From contig OZ240245.1 in NCBI GenBank assembly GCA_965198175.1, forward strand, positions 3,456,001-3,520,000: a DNA stretch of 64,000 nucleotides. Reading direction: 5' to 3'. Shown one piece after another: positions 29,534 to 39,868 of the stretch. Source of the DNA: Candidatus Poribacteria bacterium. Lineage in GTDB: Bacteria > Poribacteria > WGA-4E > PCPOR2b. The notes beneath the pieces were generated by a model that was given only the letters and a program-made list of their open reading frames with translations, did no database searches and was not told where the DNA came from. The stretch's first letter is position 1; each line of letters starts with the position of its first letter. Made by a program: the position numbers and the translations under genes.

Positions 29534-30700
29534 ATGAGATTTGCGCGGCGAATGGGTCGTTTAGGGACTGAGTCCGCCTTCGAAGTACTGGCAAAAGCGA
29601 AAGGCTTAGAAGCACAAGGTCGAAACATTATACATCTCGAAATCGGCCAGCCGGATTTCAAAACCCCGATGAACATTTGCGAAGCGGGGTTCAAGGCGAT
29701 GAGCGATGGATATACCGGATATGGCCCATCCGCTGGACTCCTCGAATTTCGTGAAGTGGTTGCTGAACATGTCTCAGAAACCAGGGGAGTTCATGTCCAT
29801 CCAGACGAAGTGACAGTCACGCCCGGCGCTAAACCTATTATCTTTTTCACCATTATTGCGCTCGCCGATGAAGGGAGTGAAGTCATCTATCCCGATCCTG
29901 GATTCCCAGTTTATGAATCCGTCATCAACTTTGTTGGGAGCAAAGCAGTTCCACTGCCTTTGCGCGAAGAAGTTGACTTCCGCTTCCGAATTGATGATCT
30001 TGTTTCGGCTATCTCAGATCGGACACGGCTTTTGATTATCAATTCTCCTCAGAATCCGACGGGCGGTATTTTGGAAAAATCGGATTTAGAAGCAATTGCG
30101 GAACTCGCGATTAAGCACGATTTTTATGTGTTATCGGATGAGATCTATTCACGTGTTCTTTATGAAGGTGCTCATGAAAGTGTCGTCAACCTGCCTGGGA
30201 TGAAGGAGCGAACGATTCTAATTGAAGGTCATTCCAAAACCTATGCGATGACCGGCTGGCGTTTGGGCTACGGGATAGCCCCTAAACCCATGGCGGATAA
30301 AATCACTCAGCTGATGATTAACTCCAATTCATGTACCTGTTCGTTTACGCAGATTGCTGGAATTGAAGCCTTGAAGGGGCCACAAGATTTCGTCCTTCAA
30401 ATGGTAGCCGAGTTCAGAAGACGACGTGATGTAATTGTTCAAGGGCTGAATGCCATTGATGGTATCAGTTGTATCATGCCGCTTGGCGCCTTTTACGTAT
30501 TGGCGAATGTGACGGAACTGCCCCTCTCTTCCGAAGCGTTAGAGGACTACCTACTTGAGGAAGCGGGCGTTGCCGTATTGTCTGGCACCGGGTTTGGTAA
30601 ATTTGGTGATGGATATATAAGACTGTCGTATGCAAATTCTTTGGAAAATATCCGCGAAGCTTTAGCCCGCATGGATGCAGCAATTTCAAGAATCAGGTAA
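29534..30700 (+). CDS. PLP-dependent class I/II aminotransferase (aspartate aminotransferase-like)
   Basis: IGQPDF, NSPQNPTG, SDEIY and SKTYAMTGWRLG. Confidence 0.95.
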   Translation: MRFARRMGRLGTESAFEVLAKAKGLEAQGRNIIHLEIGQPDFKTPMNICEAGFKAMSDGYTGYGPSAGLLEFREVVAEHVSETRGVHVHPDEVTVTPGAKPIIFFTIIALADEGSEVIYPDPGFPVYESVINFVGSKAVPLPLREEVDFRFRIDDLVSAISDRTRLLIINSPQNPTGGILEKSDLEAIAELAIKHDFYVLSDEIYSRVLYEGAHESVVNLPGMKERTILIEGHSKTYAMTGWRLGYGIAPKPMADKITQLMINSNSCTCSFTQIAGIEALKGPQDFVLQMVAEFRRRRDVIVQGLNAIDGISCIMPLGAFYVLANVTELPLSSEALEDYLLEEAGVAVLSGTGFGKFGDGYIRLSYANSLENIREALARMDAAISRIR

Positions 30701-30704
30701 ATTT

Positions 30705-31637
30705 ATGCCGCGCAAAGCAATCGCACGTATCCCCGCAAGCACAACGAATTTGGGGCCCGGTTTTGATGTGCTCGGATTGGCTCTCCAACTTTATAGCACG
30801 GTTGAATTAGAAGAGATTGACACCGGCATAGAAATTCTCGTCCGCGGGATAGATTCGGAATTTATCACAAAGGGTGTCAATAATATCGCATATAGCGCCG
30901 CCAACTTGGTTTTCGAGCGAGCTGGCTATGAACCCAAAGGACTCAGATTGAGTCTAGTGAATGGCATCCCAGCGATTCGAGGGTTGGGCGGCAGCGGTAC
31001 GGCAATCCTCGGAGGTTTGTTGACCGCTAATGCGCTTTGCGATGAACCATTTTCGCGCACTGAATTGCTCGATTTTGCGACTGAACTTGAGGGTCATCCG
31101 GATAATGTTGCGGCTTCCCTACTCGGAGGGTTAGTAGTATCCCTTCCTCACGATGGATGCGTACACACAATTAAATTGGATTGTCAACCGAACCTTTGTG
31201 TCACTGTAGCCATTCCGATTTTTCAACTGTCGACAAAACAGGCGCGCAGCGTGCTGCCTCAAACGGTTAAATTCAGCGACGCCATCTACAACATTAGCCG
31301 TAGCTCGTTACTGGTCGCCGCAATCGCAACTGGAAAGCTAGATATGTTATCGCTGGCAATGCATGACCGGTTGCATCAACCTTATCGAACTTCGCTGATA
31401 CCAGGATTTGATGATGTTGCAGAAGCTGCGATGAATGCGGGCGCGTTAAGCGTTGCACTTAGCGGTGCGGGTCCAAGTATTGCCGCTTATTGTACAACGG
31501 CAGAACAAGAAATCGCTAATCAGATGCATCAAGCATTTGCAAAGAACGATGTCTCGTGCATTGTTAAAGTTTTATCAATTGATTCTATCGGCGCAACCGT
31601 GCAAATAGGAGAACAAACAAATTCGTGCGGAAAATAG
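30705..31637 (+). CDS. thrB: Homoserine kinase
   Basis: PASTTNLGPGFD, RGLGGSG, EGHPDNV, LHQPYR and SGAGP. Confidence 0.95.
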   Translation: MPRKAIARIPASTTNLGPGFDVLGLALQLYSTVELEEIDTGIEILVRGIDSEFITKGVNNIAYSAANLVFERAGYEPKGLRLSLVNGIPAIRGLGGSGTAILGGLLTANALCDEPFSRTELLDFATELEGHPDNVAASLLGGLVVSLPHDGCVHTIKLDCQPNLCVTVAIPIFQLSTKQARSVLPQTVKFSDAIYNISRSSLLVAAIATGKLDMLSLAMHDRLHQPYRTSLIPGFDDVAEAAMNAGALSVALSGAGPSIAAYCTTAEQEIANQMHQAFAKNDVSCIVKVLSIDSIGATVQIGEQTNSCGK

Positions 31638-31792
31638 GAATTTGAGATGAGGCAATTCGGGCATTTTTCTTCATTTAATTCCCCTTGCGCTTTGGATTCG
31701 TTGCTGATTTCGATACACGATGTCACCGTATCCGACTGACAGATTTGTCTGCCTCTCTGTACACTACTCCGTCCGAAATCTCTTCTCAAAAT

Positions 31793-34561
31793 ATGAACAT
31801 TTCAAATTGGTACACCCAGAAGATTCCATATATTCTGCATGAGTTTAATACCGATCTTGAGCGTGGGTTAAGTGCTGATGCAGCCGATGCACGGCTACGT
31901 GAATACGGCGACAACGAGATTCAACCATCTCATGAACGACCTATCATCTCTTTCTTCGCAAAGCAATTTTCCAGCATTACTGTTGTTCTACTACTTATCA
32001 TCGGTGTTATTCATCTCTACCCCCACCGTGCCCTTCCTGAAGCAATCGCTATTTTTGCCATCCTCTGTCTGCATCTGCTTTGGCGGTTTATCCAAGATAG
32101 CAAAACCCAAGCGCAGTGCCGAACGATTAAGCGCGGTCTAGAAGCGACGGTCTCGGTCATTCGGGATGCGACAGTGGTCGAAGTTTCCCCCACAGCAGTC
32201 GTACCCGGGGATTTGCTTGTCTTAAGTGAAGGGAGTTATATTCCCGCTGATGCCCGAATCGTCGATGCAGAGGATTTGGTTGTTGATGAAACCCCCCTGT
32301 TCGGCACGTCGATATCTTCACAGAAGACAACAGATGACATGCCCGATCGGACGGTGCCGCCTGAAAAACAGACTAACATGGTTTTTGCGTGCACATACGT
32401 TTTAGAAGGCGAGGGTCGTGCGATTGTCGTTGGAACAAGCGAAGAATTAGAAATCAACCAGCCGCATCGCAATGTCCCCGCGAGCCTTGATTTGGATTCG
32501 GAAGCAGAGATTCAGATGGGCGGGGTTTATAATCATTTTAAGATTGTCGGCCTGATTTTAGGAGGGATTGCGGTCTTGACAACCTGGTACATTCAACGCA
32601 AAAGCTTTGAGGAAAACTGGCAATCCTTGCTTTTCCTTGGATTGGGCTTTGTCATCGCTTCCATCCCCGAAGGAATTGTTTCAACGTGTCGAGCAATCCT
32701 AGCCGAAAATACATACAGACTGTTTAAGAAGGGCATTGGTATCCGTGATGTCGTAAATCTGGAACGATTAAGCAGCGTCACAGCCGTCTGCGTCAATGAA
32801 ATTGGGAACTTCACGCAGGAGCGAATGACCGCTTCTCGTGTTTTTGTTGATGAAGAACTTGTCGAACGAGAAACGTGGGAAGACAGGTTGAAGCTTGATG
32901 AGACTGTGACACAAGAGACAGATGAGACTTTGGGGGCGTCCCAACCGCCAAATGCCTCAGTCTCACCAGGGTTTCAATTGCTGATGTTGCTTGCGACGCT
33001 TTGCGCGACTCATAGTCGAAGCCGGGGGGCAATCAACCAAATCCCTTCGGATAGTGATAATATTGCTGAAGCACTTAGCCAACTTGCTGACCGAATCGGC
33101 TTTGATTTAGAGCATTATGATTCAGCCCTATCGAAAGTCGCTGAAATTTCGGAAACGTCTGACCCACCTTATAAAGCAATTGTTTTGGAAACAGAAGAAA
33201 ACAAGTTTTTGAATATTATGTTCGGGCACCCCGATGCGATAATACAGGGATCCCACCGAATTCAAATCGGCGGAACAATGAATCGCATTAGCTATGACCA
33301 AAAGCAGATGATTCGTCTAGCCGCTCAATACCTATCAGACAACAGAGCCCAAGTCTTTGGAGTTGCCTACCGAAGTCGCAATTCCGTTCCGCCCCAGGAG
33401 GATATAGGACGAAACCTGACGTTCTTGGGGTTAATCGCTTTTACACCGCAGGAGTATGAAGGTTCAAAAGAGAGCATTCAGTTTTGCCTGGGCGCGGGCG
33501 TTAAAGTTGTCATGATTACGGACAAAGATCGCCACAGCTCCTCTGATCTCGCGCGAGAATTTGGAATCATTGAAGATGGAAACGCTGTTGTCACGCAATC
33601 GGATCTAGATAGATTTAGCGATGAACATTACGATTCAATTGTCAACCGCCTACTTGTATATTGTCGCCCGTCTCCCGACCAAAAGCTTAAGCTGGTAGAA
33701 CAGCTCAAACACAACAACCATTCGGTCGGTTTTTGCGGACAAATTCCCACAGATTCACGTGCAATGCAGGCTGCTGATGTCAGTATAGCCTCTGCGTCGC
33801 GCTCATCGCCCGTTGTCCAACAGAACGCAGGCTGTGTGATACTCAAGGACGGGTTTCGTGTAATTACTAATCTATTGCTTCACGCGCGGGAAGCGCAGAG
33901 TAATCTTAAAAATTCCATGCGTTGGCTGTTGACCTGTACCCTCGCGCAGATGACCACGCTTCTCATTGGACTCGTACTCCATCTTGGATCTGGACTGCAG
34001 TTGTGGCGTGAATTCCCCATGCCGCTCACTCTACATCACATCATCTGGATCCACCTAATTGTCAACCTCATTCCGCTAATTGCGCTCGGTCAGAATCGAA
34101 TACAAGGCGAGCTAAAGCACAACCGAAGCCAACAAGTTCAACCCTTCCTTTCGAAAGACTACCGTTTTGATATTCTGGTGCGTAGTTTACTGATTGCATT
34201 AATGACAATTATTGGATTTGTCGTGACCGTAAAATCTCCCGATCCCACGCGGGCGCAAACGGTAGCATGTTCCACGCTAATCTTCACACAATTGGTCTCA
34301 AACTTTCAATGCCATCGACAAAATCCCTGGCAATCTCTGTTCCGAAGAATCTTAGCCAATGTTCCACTATTGATTACCATTCTTGCGTGCATGGGGTTAC
34401 ACCTCTTTATAGTCTATCTACCCATCGCACACCCGATTCTCAGGATAGAGCCACTTTCCACAGAATGGCAGTGGGTAGTATTTCCTTCTCTTCTCATGCT
34501 TCTCCCTTTCAGCCTCGTAAAGCACCGACATTCATTAGGAAAATCCGATTCGGTTGGGTAA
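31793..34561 (+). CDS. P2-type cation ATPase homologue with degenerate catalytic motifs (putative pseudo-ATPase)
   Basis: GLS..A..RL..YG.N, VPGD, IPADAR, IPEG and the C-terminal TM bundle are present, but DKTGT reads NEIGN and the other motifs are also altered. Confidence 0.85.
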   Translation: MNISNWYTQKIPYILHEFNTDLERGLSADAADARLREYGDNEIQPSHERPIISFFAKQFSSITVVLLLIIGVIHLYPHRALPEAIAIFAILCLHLLWRFIQDSKTQAQCRTIKRGLEATVSVIRDATVVEVSPTAVVPGDLLVLSEGSYIPADARIVDAEDLVVDETPLFGTSISSQKTTDDMPDRTVPPEKQTNMVFACTYVLEGEGRAIVVGTSEELEINQPHRNVPASLDLDSEAEIQMGGVYNHFKIVGLILGGIAVLTTWYIQRKSFEENWQSLLFLGLGFVIASIPEGIVSTCRAILAENTYRLFKKGIGIRDVVNLERLSSVTAVCVNEIGNFTQERMTASRVFVDEELVERETWEDRLKLDETVTQETDETLGASQPPNASVSPGFQLLMLLATLCATHSRSRGAINQIPSDSDNIAEALSQLADRIGFDLEHYDSALSKVAEISETSDPPYKAIVLETEENKFLNIMFGHPDAIIQGSHRIQIGGTMNRISYDQKQMIRLAAQYLSDNRAQVFGVAYRSRNSVPPQEDIGRNLTFLGLIAFTPQEYEGSKESIQFCLGAGVKVVMITDKDRHSSSDLAREFGIIEDGNAVVTQSDLDRFSDEHYDSIVNRLLVYCRPSPDQKLKLVEQLKHNNHSVGFCGQIPTDSRAMQAADVSIASASRSSPVVQQNAGCVILKDGFRVITNLLLHAREAQSNLKNSMRWLLTCTLAQMTTLLIGLVLHLGSGLQLWREFPMPLTLHHIIWIHLIVNLIPLIALGQNRIQGELKHNRSQQVQPFLSKDYRFDILVRSLLIALMTIIGFVVTVKSPDPTRAQTVACSTLIFTQLVSNFQCHRQNPWQSLFRRILANVPLLITILACMGLHLFIVYLPIAHPILRIEPLSTEWQWVVFPSLLMLLPFSLVKHRHSLGKSDSVG

Positions 34562-34644
34562 ACTGACAACGTGTACGAAAAGGGAAGGGTTGAGATTAAA
34601 GGGGTGCGGGATGTTGAGAGCCAAGTTTTTTTCCGCTTCCTTTG

Positions 34645-37191
34645 TCACCCATGATAGAACTTGGGGGCAAACTCCGATTCAGCGGCGGTGATGCGGGCTA
34701 GGGTTTTTGCCAGCGGATAGGACTGCTCAACTTTGGCCGAACCTACACCGACGGGAATAAAGTTGCCGCCTTGGGCATCCCAGATTGCCTTATTGAGCCG
34801 GTAAGCCCGATCCCGCGCAGTCTCGTAGATTGGGTCCGAAAAAACGTCCTGTAGACCACAGATCTGACCGGAGGAATTGATGCTAACCCAGGCAGACACA
34901 GCGACAGCACGGCTATTGACAGTCGCAATGGCATCTCGGCAGGGCAGTGGTGTCGGGAACATGAAATGTGAGCCTCGGCCATCTCCTTGGGTCATATAGA
35001 AGCAATCGCGCATAAAAAGATTGAGCGCGTCCGCCAATGGCTCTACTGCAAGCAGAACCGGATCGTCCTTGCCCCGATATTCTCCGCCGGTAATAACCGC
35101 GAGTTTTTCTGTGGAGGCAGCCAAGAGAACCTCGCCCAGCCCCTCCGACACGCGCGCCGCATCCCGGTTCTCCGATCGACGGCTCCAAACCCGCTTGATG
35201 TTAAACCGTTCGACTGCTCCAAGCAGATGCTGTGCACTTTCAGCTTCACTCTCCAAATCTAGGAAAATGCGACGATGATGTTCCACGTCCCAAATCTCTA
35301 GGACGCAGCCTACCTCCCCAGTCTGTCTGAGATAGGCGGCGAGGGAACCTGTAGCCGATGCTTGATTTAGGCTCCACCATATTGGCAGGTTAAACGCCGA
35401 GGGACCAGCTTTGTCAATCGCCAGCAATCCAATTCGGCCAGGGCGAACCAACGGGAGTTCTGCAAAACCGGGGCCCTGTCCTGAGATATTGCCTGAAAAA
35501 ACGCGAAGTACTTTATGCCCTTGACCTTCGCCGGTTTTCCACTCCTTGTAAGCTTTTTCAAGGCGACCTATTTGCGCGCGTTCGGTCGTAGGAAGAAAGT
35601 CGGGCAACAGTTTGAGGAAGGCATCGTTGAGGTTGGCTAGTTCTTCCGTGGGGTGTCCAGCCGTAGTTTCTCCGACTAAATCCTGACCCAAGCCATACCA
35701 CTTATGCCCTAATACCTCTGCTACCCATACTTGTCGGAAAAAAGTGCGGTAAGCAAAAAGATGAACTTCATTGTTGTCGGCGCCACGACTATGACTCATC
35801 AACAGATGTCCATCGTCCCCGACCTCAATGATTTCCGACGTTGTGAAGATGAGCCCCGCATCTTTACCTTCCTGCAGGCTAGCTTCTGCCACGCATCGGA
35901 ACACGTGAGGTGGCATGGTGTGTCCGACTTTGCCGCCACTGTCAGCTTTGATATCCGAAAGTGTGAAGATTGCCTTTTTGTTGGCGGCTTCTACCACGGG
36001 GTCAGAAGCTTCAGGAATGGATTCAAAGCGCTCTTCCAGACGTTGAGCTTCGTGTAATGCGCAAGACTCCGCAGCCATTGGGTTCACGTAGGGCTCAAAC
36101 TCCCCGTGACTGACCATGTTCCCTATCAAGTCTGCTGCATCTCGTTGCAACCGCGTGGTTTCAGGCCGGTTTTGGTCAAAAACGTCGACCAAATCCGAGT
36201 CACTCGGAATCCTGCCATAGTCATAGGATTGATAGGCATAGGCGACAACTTTTGCTGTACCCTGAGGAATCGAATAGGTGTGCGCGTCTTCAAAATTAAC
36301 CGGCATGAGTCCAACTCGGTATCTACCCGCGTCACCGCCCGGTCCGAAGCAGAATTCTCCAACAGCTTGGGTGTATTCTCCAACTGCGGGAAGACCGGAC
36401 TGAGAGCGACCAACCATAACAGGGTTTTTCGCACCTTCGACCACAATGGCGGGTTCGCCACATAGTTCACTTTCACCGAACTTGCCCCGGACCGCGTACA
36501 CTTGGCTGAGGCGCCATTCATCGGCGTCCGCAATTAGCGCAACCATTTCGTTAAGGTTTCCCGGGCCAAACTCATAGGTTCGTACAACATCTTTGCCGCT
36601 CTTGAGATCCGCAATTGATTCAACTACCCCCAAATAGTCATTTCCTTCGATGCGTCGCCCCGAGCCCTTGTCCGGGTTGAAAAAGAGATTAAAGACTGCG
36701 CGATTGAAGAAACCCCAACCTCCGTTGATTGCCTTCGCCGCGAAAATAGGCTCAGCGCCTCTTTCGGTAAAAGGGAAGTTCAGGTAGTACAGCCCCAGCA
36801 CTTCGGCTTGTCTCTCGGAATCCAGCGTCAAGATTTCTTTTGCCTCGTCAGAACAGAGTTGCATTTTCACCGCTTCCCCTAGTGCCATGAGCCCCGCCCG
36901 GACAGCAGCCTGGACCGCAGCCTCAATAGGATGAATCACATACTCGTCGTCGACAAGGAAATCTGCGTTATAGGTCGTTACGTGCAGGTGTAGATCCCCT
37001 GCAAAACCTCTCACCCACGCACCGCGCAGCCGGTTCTTTGATAGCCTGCTGTGAAGTTCACTGCGTGCTACGTCTACAATCTGATCAGGCAATTCGCTAT
37101 GAATCCAACGCCCCAAATCCAGAGTGACAATGGTGGCATTGGATTGTCCGCGCGGACGATTTTCTTTAGATTCATTAAAGGAATCAGACAT
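34645..37191 (-). CDS. Internally duplicated FBP aldolase/phosphatase (FBPase class V) homologue
   Basis: C-half: IKADSGG.VGH, VGDD, YGLGQDL, FSGN..GQGPG.AE, YRGKDDPV and RGSH; N-half: FTERGAEP, RSQSGLPAVGE and HGEFEP. Confidence 0.85.
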   Translation of the reverse strand: MSDSFNESKENRPRGQSNATIVTLDLGRWIHSELPDQIVDVARSELHSRLSKNRLRGAWVRGFAGDLHLHVTTYNADFLVDDEYVIHPIEAAVQAAVRAGLMALGEAVKMQLCSDEAKEILTLDSERQAEVLGLYYLNFPFTERGAEPIFAAKAINGGWGFFNRAVFNLFFNPDKGSGRRIEGNDYLGVVESIADLKSGKDVVRTYEFGPGNLNEMVALIADADEWRLSQVYAVRGKFGESELCGEPAIVVEGAKNPVMVGRSQSGLPAVGEYTQAVGEFCFGPGGDAGRYRVGLMPVNFEDAHTYSIPQGTAKVVAYAYQSYDYGRIPSDSDLVDVFDQNRPETTRLQRDAADLIGNMVSHGEFEPYVNPMAAESCALHEAQRLEERFESIPEASDPVVEAANKKAIFTLSDIKADSGGKVGHTMPPHVFRCVAEASLQEGKDAGLIFTTSEIIEVGDDGHLLMSHSRGADNNEVHLFAYRTFFRQVWVAEVLGHKWYGLGQDLVGETTAGHPTEELANLNDAFLKLLPDFLPTTERAQIGRLEKAYKEWKTGEGQGHKVLRVFSGNISGQGPGFAELPLVRPGRIGLLAIDKAGPSAFNLPIWWSLNQASATGSLAAYLRQTGEVGCVLEIWDVEHHRRIFLDLESEAESAQHLLGAVERFNIKRVWSRRSENRDAARVSEGLGEVLLAASTEKLAVITGGEYRGKDDPVLLAVEPLADALNLFMRDCFYMTQGDGRGSHFMFPTPLPCRDAIATVNSRAVAVSAWVSINSSGQICGLQDVFSDPIYETARDRAYRLNKAIWDAQGGNFIPVGVGSAKVEQSYPLAKTLARITAAESEFAPKFYHG

Positions 37192-37400
37192 TCTTTCACC
37201 TCCAAAGTTGCTGTCACCTCCCTAACACATCCTAACCATTTTCAAAACCGGGGATGAATGCGAGATATACTACAGAACGCCGCATAGTCAAATTAAATCA
37301 TACATACTGAAGTTATGTAAGGCTGCATTTAGGGACATAAATGAAGAAAGGAGAAATCAAAACCCAACAAAGGCAGGCAACAGCATTTGTGTAAAGTTCC

Positions 37401-37429
37401 AGTATACGATTTCTTGCTGGGATTGTCAA
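37401..37429 (-). promoter_or_regulatory. sigma70-type promoter of the FBPA/P-like gene
   Basis: TTGACA-N17-TATACT. Confidence 0.6.
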
Positions 37430-37477
37430 TTAAAACTGCTGGTTTTCGCCGGTTGACCGGATTGAAGACCCGTGAAG

Positions 37478-38479
37478 TCATCTACTCACCTGGGAGACAA
37501 CCTCACGAAATACTTTAATGTGCGAGGGCCCAGTGCCACAGCATCCACCGACAAAATAGGCGCCTGCTTTGAGAAGATCTGGCAAGTAAGCTACCATCTC
37601 CTCTGGGATTTGTGAGTAATATGTACGGTGATTCTTATCCAAGCGTGCCATACCTGCATTTGGATAAGCCATCATCCGCTTCGGTTGAACCCCGTTCATC
37701 TCCATTGCTTCCCATAGCTGCCGGATTCCATTTATCGCATAGGGCATTCCAGTGTGTTCCTCGTACCTGACCTCCGCTCCACAATTTAGACCTAAAATGT
37801 GAACATAATCCAGGAGATTATCGCCATTGGAAAACTCCCCTCCTGATAATACCTCCAATAAGTCTGCCGCCGAATGCCCCCAATCCGTTCGGTATACGAC
37901 ATTTCCAGTAGTGCGGTCCTTCGTGTGTTTGTATGTTAAATTCACGGCGATGGGAAGTCCGTATTTTCTGGCAACATCGACCGCAATTGCAGCCTCCTTT
38001 GCGGAAAACATGGTTTCTATGCAGAAAAAATCAACCCCTCCGTTTGCCAGGATATTCGCTACTCTCTCGTGAGCATCTCTGACAACAGCATCCGGAATTC
38101 CAAAATCAACATCACCGCTATCGGCTTCAATTGCACCGGGTGAGGGTCCAATTGAGCCTGCGACATATACCGACCTGCCGACATTTTCAACTGCTGCTTT
38201 TGCATGTTCCACAGCCAATCTGGCAATCTTATCCGCCGTAGTTCTCTCTTTTCCCGCCATGCCAAGATGCAACATTGAAGCCACAAATGTGTTTGTTCCT
38301 ATGGCATCAACGCCTGATTCAATATAGGCAGAATGAATATCAATCACAGCATCTGGGTGTAATTCGTTTGCAAGGGCGCTGTTTGCCAGTTCTATTCCTC
38401 TGGCAAACAGTTCTGAACCAAATCCACCGTCAAAAATCATAGGACTTGGGTCCGCTAATCTCTTTAGGAACGTCTTCAT
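37478..38479 (-). CDS. Homocysteine S-methyltransferase domain protein (MetH N-terminal-like)
   Basis: DGGFGSEL, TNTF, GSIGP, GLNCG, YPNAG and GGCCGTGP (three Zn-binding Cys). Confidence 0.92.
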   Translation of the reverse strand: MKTFLKRLADPSPMIFDGGFGSELFARGIELANSALANELHPDAVIDIHSAYIESGVDAIGTNTFVASMLHLGMAGKERTTADKIARLAVEHAKAAVENVGRSVYVAGSIGPSPGAIEADSGDVDFGIPDAVVRDAHERVANILANGGVDFFCIETMFSAKEAAIAVDVARKYGLPIAVNLTYKHTKDRTTGNVVYRTDWGHSAADLLEVLSGGEFSNGDNLLDYVHILGLNCGAEVRYEEHTGMPYAINGIRQLWEAMEMNGVQPKRMMAYPNAGMARLDKNHRTYYSQIPEEMVAYLPDLLKAGAYFVGGCCGTGPSHIKVFREVVSQVSR

Positions 38480-38509
38480 TGAAATCCTCTAATTTTCCAA
38501 ATTATATAT

Positions 38510-39577
38510 TCACATTCCTCGGTCACCCCAGTGGTCTAGATTAATCCCCAAGGCAAGAGCCTCTTCACAGATAGCAGCCCAGGTTATCTCATCAATATTG
38601 ATTCCCTCAACCTGTCTCCGTTGAGCGTTGCGAAATTCTGGTTCGCCAGGCGCTAAAATCTCCACAAACCCGGGGGCAAGACGACTCGATTTGATGTGTT
38701 TAAGGAGGCATTCCACTTCGTTGAAGAAAGCGTCGAGAGCAGTGAAATGCTCGATGTGGTAAACGGTGAAAAGCACACCGTTGCTGACCATTGAACGTTC
38801 GCCAGCAGCACATCCCTGACCACTCAAGGCACCGCCCAAGAGCTCCACTACAATACTCAATCCATAGCCCTTGTGCGCTACTATTCCCCCCAAGGGAAGG
38901 ATGGCTCCTGGTGGCTGGCCCGCAAATTTTTTCGGGTCCGTGGTGGGATTACCCTGGGCATCTATGATCCAGCCCTCGGAAATCTGCCTTCCTTGGTTGA
39001 TAGCAACCCGAATTTTACCTTCGGCTGCCACAGAGGTTGTCATATCAACAAGGATAGGCGGGGCTTCCCGGCGCGGAGCAGCAAAGGCGATTGGGTTCGT
39101 ACTCAGGCGACCGTTGATGCCTCCAAAGGGAGCAATCTGGTAGCCGAGACGCCCGGCATTGACAAAGGCAAGACCTATCATCTCCGTCCGAGCAGCCATT
39201 AAAGGATAGGCTCCCACGCGCCCAACATGGCTCGTATTCCGTAATGTTACTGTACCAACACCGTGGCGCCGAGCCTTTTCAATTGCTAGGTTCATCGCAA
39301 AGGTCGCCCCGATCTGTCCTAGTGCGCCGTGGGCGTCTACCACCGCGGTGCAAGGGTTGTCGCTCACAGTTTTAGGAGTTTCACGAGGTTGGAACCGCCC
39401 CTCTCGAATAGCACGGAGGTATTCTCCAAACCGAATTGCACCGTGAGAGTCATGACCAAAGAGGTTGGATTCGACGAGGTGATCAACGACAACTCGGGCG
39501 TCTCCGGGCTTACACCCAGCGACTTCAAAAAGTTGGTAACCGACCTGACGAAGCGTCTCAGGTGGGAATGTGGGCAT
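38510..39577 (-). CDS. Ldh_2-family oxidoreductase (HcxB/YbiC-like)
   Basis: GHDSHG, SHVGRVG, TNPIAFA, DMTTS..AEGK, HKGYGL and PGEPE. Confidence 0.92.
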   Translation of the reverse strand: MPTFPPETLRQVGYQLFEVAGCKPGDARVVVDHLVESNLFGHDSHGAIRFGEYLRAIREGRFQPRETPKTVSDNPCTAVVDAHGALGQIGATFAMNLAIEKARRHGVGTVTLRNTSHVGRVGAYPLMAARTEMIGLAFVNAGRLGYQIAPFGGINGRLSTNPIAFAAPRREAPPILVDMTTSVAAEGKIRVAINQGRQISEGWIIDAQGNPTTDPKKFAGQPPGAILPLGGIVAHKGYGLSIVVELLGGALSGQGCAAGERSMVSNGVLFTVYHIEHFTALDAFFNEVECLLKHIKSSRLAPGFVEILAPGEPEFRNAQRRQVEGINIDEITWAAICEEALALGINLDHWGDRGM

Positions 39578-39586
39578 AATAGAAAA

Positions 39587-39865
39587 TTAACCGTCCTTTT
39601 TCCATAGCCTATCGTCGTAGTCCGCTTCGAGCTCACGCAAAAGTGCATTTAAGACTACTTCGGCATCGCCTGGCCGCTCGCGCTTCTCAGTCCATTGCCA
39701 TTGGTCGAGATAATCCTCGCTTCCGGCCAGACCTTCCTCCATCGCGATTCGATCGATGGCGACTTGAAAACGAGCGGGCATCTCTCGTGAAATTGTTTTC
39801 TTTCCCTTAAAGACTCTCACCTGGGCTGGAATGTCATTCCAGTGCAAAATCTGATATACAGCCAT
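39587..39865 (-). CDS. 'Virulence factor' (PF13769-like) small protein typical of corrinoid methyltransferase clusters
   Basis: W.DIPAQV, RFQ.AID..AM..G....DYL..W. Confidence 0.75.
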   Translation of the reverse strand: MAVYQILHWNDIPAQVRVFKGKKTISREMPARFQVAIDRIAMEEGLAGSEDYLDQWQWTEKRERPGDAEVVLNALLRELEADYDDRLWKKDG

Positions 39866-39868
39866 GGA

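Noticed and set aside
31793..34561. Calling the P-type ATPase homologue a pseudogene
   Set aside because: There are no stops or frameshifts over about 920 codons, and the structural motifs and TM segments are retained
39587..39865. Pathogenicity role for the 'virulence factor' protein
   Set aside because: The name is historical; the context is corrinoid methyl transfer
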